DNA from: Nageia nagi
Lineage: Eukaryota; Plantae; Pinophyta
Length of the DNA: 64,000 nucleotides
Direction: 5' to 3'
NCBI GenBank assembly: GCA_050084985.1
Contig: JBITNC010000002.1
Location: forward strand, 14,942,001-15,006,000
The notes beneath the pieces were generated by a model that was not told the origin of the DNA, searched no databases, and was given only the letters and a program-made list of their open reading frames with translations. A program made the translations under genes and the position numbers. Below are positions 54,895 to 64,000 of this stretch, in pieces. The first letter of the stretch is position 1. The number at the start of each line of letters is the position of its first letter.

Positions 54895-57800
54895 TCTTGG
54901 ATATGGATTGCTTCCTATGCGGTAATGCCAAGGCTATTTAGTTTTAGTTTATTTTATGTATTTTATTTATTTAATCTCTTTTTAGTTACCTTTACCTTTT
55001 GATCTCTTTCCAATTGACTTTTTCTTAGATAAGAGTTGATCTATAACCCAAATATTGAGAAGAAACACCCACGAGTGCACTATCCTACACCTTATGCTTT
55101 TTCAAGAACCCTATTATTGCAGCCAATGTAGAACATGACCATACCAAACCCTTGAGGTTACATTATACTGATTAATAATTACTTCATTCTATTATATATT
55201 ACTAACAAGTTTTATTTTAAAATTTGGTGTATTTAATCTTACCAGTAACCATTTCATCCATTACTAGTATACTAGAGTTTTGATCTATATATGAATAAGA
55301 GATGATGAAGTGTTATGCACAAAGTACTTCAAATAGAGATAGATTTTAATATAATGATGAGAAGTATTATAACAATATTACACTAAAGGCATCCATTTAA
55401 TCTATTATGCTAGATAATCTATTACAAAATAATGTAGATATGGTCCAAAAAATATTCATGATCTTTATGTACCCATCCATTTTTGGGTAATAAGAAGAGA
55501 TCATTTCCAAAATATTTATATGTACCTAATTTTGATTTTCTATTTATTTAGAATTCTATTTTGTTTTAATGATTTTCATTTGTATTAATAAAATAACATC
55601 ATACAAAAAGGTGGGTGGAATACATCACATCCCGAGCACATCACACAAAACCAAAAACATCCAACATCCAAAAAAATAATGGATCCATCCACATCGCCAA
55701 AGACAAGGTGGAAAAGGAAATAACAAGACCACCCACTACACATGGATAAGAACAAAAAATCCAAGTACCATCGATAATAACAATACCAATAAGCATTAAA
55801 ACCACACATTGAGTTAAAGTTGAACATTACCAACAACTATCAAATGCATTTAACACTTCTCATTGGGAGGAGGATTGGTAGGAAATGTGGAGGCCGAAGG
55901 CTCCATAAACTTATCATTAATATTTTCCATATGCTCAATCCCCTTGATATTATGTTTTCACACATTTGAAGGAATATGTGATCAGTGAGTAGCATCCAAT
56001 GTATCTCGTATCTCCTACCAATTGGGATATATAGAGCTAATGGGAGTAATTACCTTAAAATAAGTAGCCATCTATCAATCCATAACGTCCCCTTTAGGCA
56101 TAATAGTCATGCATGCATCCAATAATCCACAGGAGGTATCCTAGTAGCCACTACCACTTGGATCCCCCAAACCATCATTACTTCAAGGGAAGGTGGTTAT
56201 TCCTCCCACTTAAATTATTTAAGGTGGGTAGTATGCTTCAAGAAGAACTTTAATACCACTCTCAAGGGCACGGGGAATGATCCTATATAGATCAAGAATA
56301 CTTTGGAAACTTTGAAGGCTTAAGCTGAGGAGGTATTTGGTTAACAAAGCATGAGGTATTGCCCCAATGGATGAGAATCTCTTAGAGATGCTTGGCTTCC
56401 AATGTGACCTTGTTGACTTGGTTAGTGATTTGGAACCAAATATCATAAAAACATTGTAAGCTTATCAATAAGACTAAAGTCAACTAATGGTATTTTCCAA
56501 AAAAAATAACATTTATTTCTTTCCATAGATGAAATAAGATTCAAATTCTAAATAAGTTCTAGAATTCAATAAGCTTATCAAAAATACTAGGGGGATCCCC
56601 TATAGATTATGATTCCAGGCTAAAGACTAACTAAGGAATGGCTAGAAAAAGGATTCCATTGATTCTCAAGCCTATTGAGCTTTACCATAGTGTCAAAAAA
56701 GATGTATAAATAACTCTTCTATTCTATAGAATGGACATAATGGGTTATTCATTCCCATGTGTTTCAATCTATTACCAAAAAGGAGACCTTAGAACAATAA
56801 TCTCCATAGGAAAAAGGTTTTCTTTGGCTCAACATAATTGGCCTAGAAAGTATGAAATCTTTTATGCCATAATTTGTTAGGGGGTTGAATGTCCTAATAA
56901 ATATTAAGCTTAGGAGCCATAGGTAGATCAGGAAAAAGCTAATTATAACCATTTTAAGACAAGTAATAAAAGACTGTTATTCTTGTATACCAATTCCATT
57001 TTATCCACCAAGGGTGTTGGGAATATTGACCCATATTTGGCCATAATGAGAAAGGGGTACTATTCAACATAATATCATAAGTATCCTTGGCATTGAGCTT
57101 AAGATTAAATTTCCACTTGAACACTTTCTAGGGAATCTAGCATTTGGTAGCTTGGTTGAAAAAATCTTGAAGAGAGGCAATACCTTTTTTAAAGAATCTG
57201 ATAGCTTTAGTCCATCACATTTCGGCTAAAGGTAGACTCTAGTATTGGATGGTCGGAGACCACCAAATATTAAGAGTGGAAAGGGAGATATCCTTATGCC
57301 TACCACCCCATTTCTATCTAATCCAAGGCTTGACATCTTCCCATGTTTTCTAGATACTCTTACAGATAAAGGATCCCACAATTTTGATTGGCATGAGGAC
57401 CATAATGAGCATGGGGAAGTCTAATTTTTTCTAAGCTTTTTTCCTTAAATGTAATCCATAAGAAATAAAATAATGTAGAATGATTTTCCATGCTTCTAAG
57501 CCTTAAATAGCCCATATAATCCATTTAGCACTCAGAGCATTACCTTGTATCTAGAAATAAAAAATCCCCATAACACCTAAGAGCTTAATGAGGTAATAAA
57601 ACTCCCAAGAAATTCTATGAAATCCTTGTTTATCCTTAGAACTAGCCCAAAGAAAATCTCTAAGCAACTTCTCAAGCTTTTTATAATAATTTTAGGAAGG
57701 AACCCAACATGAAGAGTAATAAACATGGGTGAAGGTAAGCACCTTAGAATAAAGATGTAATTTCCTAGCAAGAGAAAGCTTTTTAGAAACCCAGTATATC

Positions 57801-59026
57801 AAATTTTTCTCCACACATTGAATAACATAGCTCTAGAGTTGAGAAGGTGTAGATTGAAAAGCAAAGGGGATCCCTAAGAATTTTAATATCTCTCTCAGTT
57901 GAATCCATTGCAATTGATATGAAATAAACCACTCAGGAATATCTATCATGGTTTATCTATAACATGAGGTTTTCCTCCACTTAATGGAGGACCTCGAGGA
58001 TTTACAAAATTGTTTAGATATTGAAAAACTTTTTGAATAGATGTTTTATCTTCTCGTAAAGTGATGAAGGAGTCATAAGCAAAGTGACCATTGATAAGCT
58101 GACCTTGATTCCTTGGTAGGGAAATCCCTTAAACCAATTCTTGGGAAGCTTTGCTGGCTAGAATATAACCAAAATATTCAGGAACTAAAACATAAAGTGA
58201 GGGGGCTAAGGGACATACTTATCTAATTTATTTGAAAAGGCCAATTTTGTCCATTTGCATCCCATCCAGGGTGATGAATGCTAGAGCATTAGAAAAAATC
58301 ATTTTAACTAATGCAAGAAGGGTAGGGCCAAATCCCAAGGCTTGAAGCATGGCCAAAATAAAATTCCATTCAATTTTTTCATAAGCTTTCTCAAAATTAA
58401 TTTTTCAAACAAAGTGTTTTGGTTGGAAGTTCAAACCCACTCCATTCCTTTTTAAACAACAATCACATTATCAATAATATACCTACTCTAAATGAAACCA
58501 ATTTGTTCAAGTTAAATAATTTGGGGTAAAAGAGGTATGAAATTTAAAGTAATATCTTTGGTTATAATTTTATGGATAACATTGAGTAGAGTGATGGGCT
58601 GCCAACTAGTAAGAAGCTCAAGGTTCCTTGATGTGGGAATAAACATAATGTTACCTTTATTGATAATTGATCTCAAGGAGCTAGTTAAAATTACTTCTTT
58701 GGAAACATTCAAAAGATCCTAGCCCACATCATCCTATATTTTCTTATAGAATTCACAAGGAAATCCATCTAGCCTAAGTGCCTTTTCATTGGTCATGCAA
58801 GAGAGAGTTGTATTAGATATTCAACTGAGAGCGAAAGATCATATTCCTCTTTCTAAGAGTGAGAAATCTTGTCAAGAATCACACTACAACACTCTTCCAA
58901 CACTTTTTACCTTTCATAATTAAAATCTTATGAGGAAAAATCCTTCTGGTAATGTTTGGAAAAAGCATTGGCAATACTGGGAGGGTTTATGACCCTAACG
59001 TATTCATCCATAATGGCTTTGAATTG

Positions 59027-61980
59027 TGAAAGGAGAACAACATCCTTTACCCAAGATCTACCTTGAAGAATCCTCTTCTTGACCACAATGAATCTCACAC
59101 TATAACAACACAAACACACTCACATTCACAAGGTGACACTAGCATGTATAATGGTTCCTCTTAAGGATGAGAGTACTCCACTTTAACTCAAGATATTTAC
59201 TTCTCAAATATAATTCTTATAATGCTTGCAACCTCTCTCCATCATATCAACCTACAAAGTATGAGCATAACTTTGCTCTATTCATATATGTTTACAACAA
59301 GGCTAACCCCTCTATTTATAGGAGAGAACCCCACCTTAACTCACTTTTTAACCTAAGGTTTAAATGAGGTAAGAATGATCAAGTTGCACTTATTTAATTT
59401 ACTAAATACTAAAAAGTATTTATAAATAATTTTAAGTATTATATGAATTAAGTAAGTGAGTTATATTTTAGATACCAAACAATAATGCATTAGAAATTCT
59501 AACACTCCCCCTTAATGCAATATTGGGTAGAGAGTAGAGAAGATAGAGAGAGATATAGGAAGAGAGTTCTCCTCCATAATAGATACAATAAGAGATAAGA
59601 ACTTACATCATGAGAAGTAATAGATCCTAGATAAAGCTCAACTACTTAACCATTTTAACAAATAATTTATAATGTAATTAAACCATAAATGGTTTCAATA
59701 TAAAAGTAGTCTTTAATAATAAGTTGACATGATGAGCCTCCATGATCCTGCATACTCAAAGTAAGTAACTTGCAATCTCAAGAAGAAACTTGCAAGCTAC
59801 AAGAAGCTCATACATAAGATAAGTTAGATGCATCATACATTCATATCAACATAAGATAAATGAATCAAATAATACCATCCATAAACTGATCAAATGGTGC
59901 ACTATAAGTAATCAAAAATATGCCAAGCAAACTCATAGTCACCTGCTATATAAGAAACACATGTTTTGATCATCATTATCAAAAAATAGGATATACATCC
60001 AATCATCCACATACTAGTTTCTCACATATGGATAACTAAATAATATCAACATGCACATACTAGTTCCTCACACATGGATAATTAAACAGTGCAATAATTT
60101 TATAAACATGTTCATCTCATGTGGATAACTAAATAATGCCAACATGCACATACTAGTTCTTCAAATATAGAGAACCAAATACAAAAGTGTACACAAAGAT
60201 CAACACTATACAACCAAAAGATCTCATAGGAGTGAAGTTATCATCATAAAAAAATGGATTCAATAAGAATTAAAACTCCACTCCCCCTTGAGGGAAACTT
60301 CACCATCCCAAGAGACCCTTGAAGCTTGCAAAATTGAGTGTCTAAAAGGGGCTTGGTGAAAAAATTAGAGGAGTTTTTATTTGATGGACAATATTGAAGC
60401 TGGAATGTATCATCCAGAACTTTCTCTTTAATGAAATATTCTTGGATTTTAACATGTTTTATTCTCTATTGCAACACATGATTTTTGGCCAAAGCAATGA
60501 TATACTGATTATATGAAGATATCAAATATGGGTCAACCTAATTATACCCAATTTCTTTCAAAATATTTTTTATCCAAATCGCTTCCTAGGTTGCAATAGT
60601 CATAGCTCTATATTATGCTTTTGTTATGGATATAGTGATAGTAGGATGTTTCTTGAAAGACCACAAGATAAAACCTAATCAGATATTAAACACATAAGTA
60701 GAAGTGAATTTCCTATCATCTATGTCACCCCCATAGTCAGAATCTAAGAACCTTGAGAGAACAAAAGTATTCAACTTGATAAACTTGAGGGAGAGATTCT
60801 TTATGCCCATAAAATACCTCAAAATATTTTTAGCATCATGAAGATGCTCAACATAAGGCTTGTGCATAAACCTTGCCATCAAATTCACTACATAGGCAAT
60901 ATTGGCCAAGATATAGTCAAGTAAAGAAGACTACCAATAAGCTTCTTGTACTTTGTAGTATTTTCCAACTAAGAGTTTGATATAGTCTCAATCTTGATTC
61001 CAAAAGCAACAATAATAGCCACCCAAATAAATGTATAACATTTATATTGTAATAAATTTAAATATTGTAAATTGCCCTCTTTTTATTTTAATTTTGTCTT
61101 CTCCTTTTTCAAACAAATTACTATATATTTTGAAAAAAAAAATTTACATTATATACACACACACACAATGCTCCTTTATATATATATATATATATATATC
61201 AAAAGTTATTGCTAAATAAACAAAAATGTGTAGATAATACTATAAGTAATAGAAATTGCAGATTTTATCTCCCTTTTTTTTTATAACCACAAAAAAAATG
61301 TATATATGATAAAAAAAAATTGTAAATTTCTATTATAAATAATACATTATTGTTACTTTCAAGCAAATTTTTTTTTATAAAAAATGAATACACACACACA
61401 CACACACATATAAAATATGTTAGGATCAAAAAATAATTCAAGATGAGAAGGGAGAGGAGGTATACCTAATGAAGATGTTACCTCACCAAATGGAGTAGTA
61501 AGATCCTCCAAGGAAGGCTCTAAATACCAATTGAAAGTAGAAGAACCTCCTTTACCCAAGATCTACCTTGAATAATCCTCTTCTTAACCACAATGAAACT
61601 CACACTATAACAACATAAATATACTCACATTCACAAGGTGACACTAGAATGTATAGTGGTTCCTCTCAAGGATGAGAGTACTCCACTTTAGCTCAAGATT
61701 TTACTTATCAAATATAATTCTTACAATGATTACAACATCTCTCTCACCCTATCAACCTACAAAGTATGAGCATAACTTTTCTATATTCATATATATTTAC
61801 AACAATCCAAGCTCTCTATTTATAGGAGAGAACCCCACTTGAACTCACCTTTTTACCCAAGGTTTACATGAGGTAAGAATGGTAAAGTTGGAATTAATAA
61901 ATACTTTTAAGTATTTAGATGAATTAAGTATGTGAGTTATATTTTAGATACCAAATAATAATGCATTAGAAATTCTAACA
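59027..61980 (-). mobile_element. Internally deleted Ty1/copia element: 5' LTR 61980-61532, PBS ~61529-61517, RT-end/RNase H relic ~61010-60290, PPT 59515-59505, 3' LTR 59504-59027; TSD AATTG
   Basis: Two collinear LTRs TGTTAG...CTTTCA; aattg at 59022-59026 and 61981-61985; PBS tggtatttagagc; PPT ttaagggggag; NIAYVVNLMARFMHKP...FLDSDYGGDIDDRKFTSTYVF. Confidence 0.93.
59995..60180. repeat. ~45-bp tandem repeats in the Copia 3' UTR
   Basis: Repeated cacatactagtt...ca(c/t)atggataactaaataat..caacatg. Confidence 0.7.
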
Positions 61981-64000
61981 AATTGGGCTACAGCTCTAGG
62001 AAACCTAAGTCATTGAAAGAACCCTTTGGTAACTTTTTCTTCAATGCAAATCCAAGGAAGATAGGCTCGAATCTGATCACCCTTGGCCTCATAGATTTAT
62101 ACTTTTCTTAACTCATATTAAAGAATAGTAGCATGTTATTGAAGAGGAGTGCTCTAGGGATTAGCTTCCAGCTAAAATGAGGCTAAAAAAAACTCCTCTC
62201 TGATAGCAAAATTGGTTTTCTTGAGAATGTGAGCAAGTTCAATTCTCAAAACTCTTAAGATAGTGTAATTTCATAGGATAGCATCATTCCACCAATCAAT
62301 CCAACCCAAAGGTCTAAGAACCAAATTTTAATCTTGGAGAATATGGGCTATGGTGGTTGAGTGGTGTAAAAAGGCTACATTAAGATAGAATTGAGAATGG
62401 AACACTTTGAGAATATACCGGGGGGAGGTAACTTTAAAAATATTATTCATATGATTATATATTGTATTACTAAGGAAAGAGATCTCCAGAGGTGAATCTT
62501 GGGTGAGGTTGTGAAAGGAAAATTTGGGATGGTTTTGTGAGCATGTCCCAATCCAACCTCTTCAAAACTCTATTTTTATCCTCCTAGATGTTTGACCAAG
62601 TGAACCAGATCGATTCCAAGAAGCTTTGAGGGGTGTGGTAAGAATTGGGATCCACTAATCCATGTTTATTTTTGAGGAAAAACCAAGCATCTGTTTCTCC
62701 TGCACACCAACATATGGGAAGTCTCCCAAATTTATCTTCTAGCTTTTTGACTATATTGGAATCTTCACACAAAAGCCAAATAACTGGTAGCATTGAAAAG
62801 GCAAGTCAATGCCAAAGAGCACATATGTGAGGTCCTTGATTAAAGGCATAAATTTTGATAATACTAAAAGGTTTCCCATTAAATTCAAATAATGTCCATA
62901 TCGCCTAGTTTGAGGGGTCCATGCCCCAAGAGATGAGCATCGAGTTCCATTTTGGTGGTATGAAAGTGATAGCTCCACATTTCCCTTGACAATGATTGGT
63001 AGCATAAAAAAAGTTTCTCGACCATAAAAAGGAACTAGCACATTCAAGGTTAAAATCAGATATTTTAACTTCTTGCAAATAGAGAATATCAATTTTTCCA
63101 TACAAATGATTGACTTTTACAATTTTACTATGAATCAAATAATTTTGGATTAGGTCCATTAGCCCTTTAACATTCCATGACATAAAAATCATTAAGCAGA
63201 GTTGAGGTTCATATCACCTTCGAACTCTTCTTTCTTGCTATATTTTTTGTCCAACTCCTTGTTATCCCCTAACTCCCCAACCATGGTGTAAGGGTTAATT
63301 TGCAAGAAATTTAACATGGTTGGTTCTAGCAAATACACTAAAGGGGTGTTTATCTTAGCACTTGGAGGTTAATCTTCTAGGAGGACTACAGGACCTGCTA
63401 GGTCTTATCAAAGCCTCCTTATAATTGATATCTAAAGCCTAACAAGAACTAGAGATACTAGTAATAAGGTGGGTATAATGGTTGAAGAGGGTGGCTAGGG
63501 TATGGGGGTGGGCTGAGAGGCCATAACCTAGGTGGGGGTCTCAAAAGGTGGAGCAATGGGAGTTGGCCTCAAATTTTATCAAGGGCTAATGATTTTTCTT
63601 ACCCACTATAGTCCATTGATGTGAATCTCCATACCCATTATGGCTAGTGGATTTAGCCATAGGTTGAGCAACTGGAGCAGGAGTCAAGGTAACCATTATA
63701 TTAGGTTCTTGGTTGTGGGGCTTAAACCTACCTTCCATAAGAGGGAAATCTCTAATCTTATGCTCAACTGATTGGCACTGATAACAAGTATTAGGTAGGT
63801 TGATATAGATTAGTTGTTAGGAATAAGAGGACTGGCCAAATTTGAATACAATATGGTCTCTTAAATATTTTTAAAGATCTATATTAACACAAACCCTCCT
63901 ATAGGGGTTCACTCCATAGCATCTCATTTGCTCCACACATAAAATAGTGCCTAAAGGAGAAATAATATTTTCTAGAAATGACCAAAGCAAGACTACGAGG

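Larger units (their letters stand above)
55558..64000 (-). mobile_element. Near full-length decayed L1-type LINE (ORF1 from the window end to ~63200; ORF2 from 63192: APE endonuclease, RT, 3' UTR, A-rich tail), interrupted by a Copia
   Basis: ORF1 zinc knuckle LPNTCYQCQSVEH; ORF2 MIFMSWNVKGL...DILYLQEVK, WCAGETD, NKGNIMFIP...WQPITLLNVIHKII; same family as 34950-37700, in the opposite orientation. Confidence 0.88.

Overview
AT-rich eukaryotic (land-plant, most likely gymnosperm-type) nuclear DNA; the organism is inferred from the element families and is not proven. There are three apparently intact genes. One is a 10-exon Zn-dependent alcohol-dehydrogenase-like gene (+, 12282-15874) with a ~38-aa N-terminal extension, preceded by a dead head-to-tail duplicate of its promoter and exons 1-2. 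The other two are near-identical, intronless G-type lectin S-domain non-RD receptor kinases (-, 28938-31343 and 38305-40716), each preceded by the same 23-aa uORF. The rest is a nest of decayed retroelements: solo Copia-type LTRs with 5-bp TSDs, truncated Gypsy and Copia elements, an internally deleted Copia inside an L1 LINE, an RTE-X-like LINE relic, and a pol-less element with ~1.5-kb direct repeats around one accessory ORF. It also holds arrays of a ~70-bp double-hairpin repeat and microsatellites. I cannot demonstrate a wholly new biological system. The best candidates for new biology are a possible splice-switchable targeting peptide on the ADH, uORF control and ectodomain-biased divergence of the receptor pair, the double-hairpin repeat, and the pol-less accessory-ORF element. 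All alignments and counts were done by eye.
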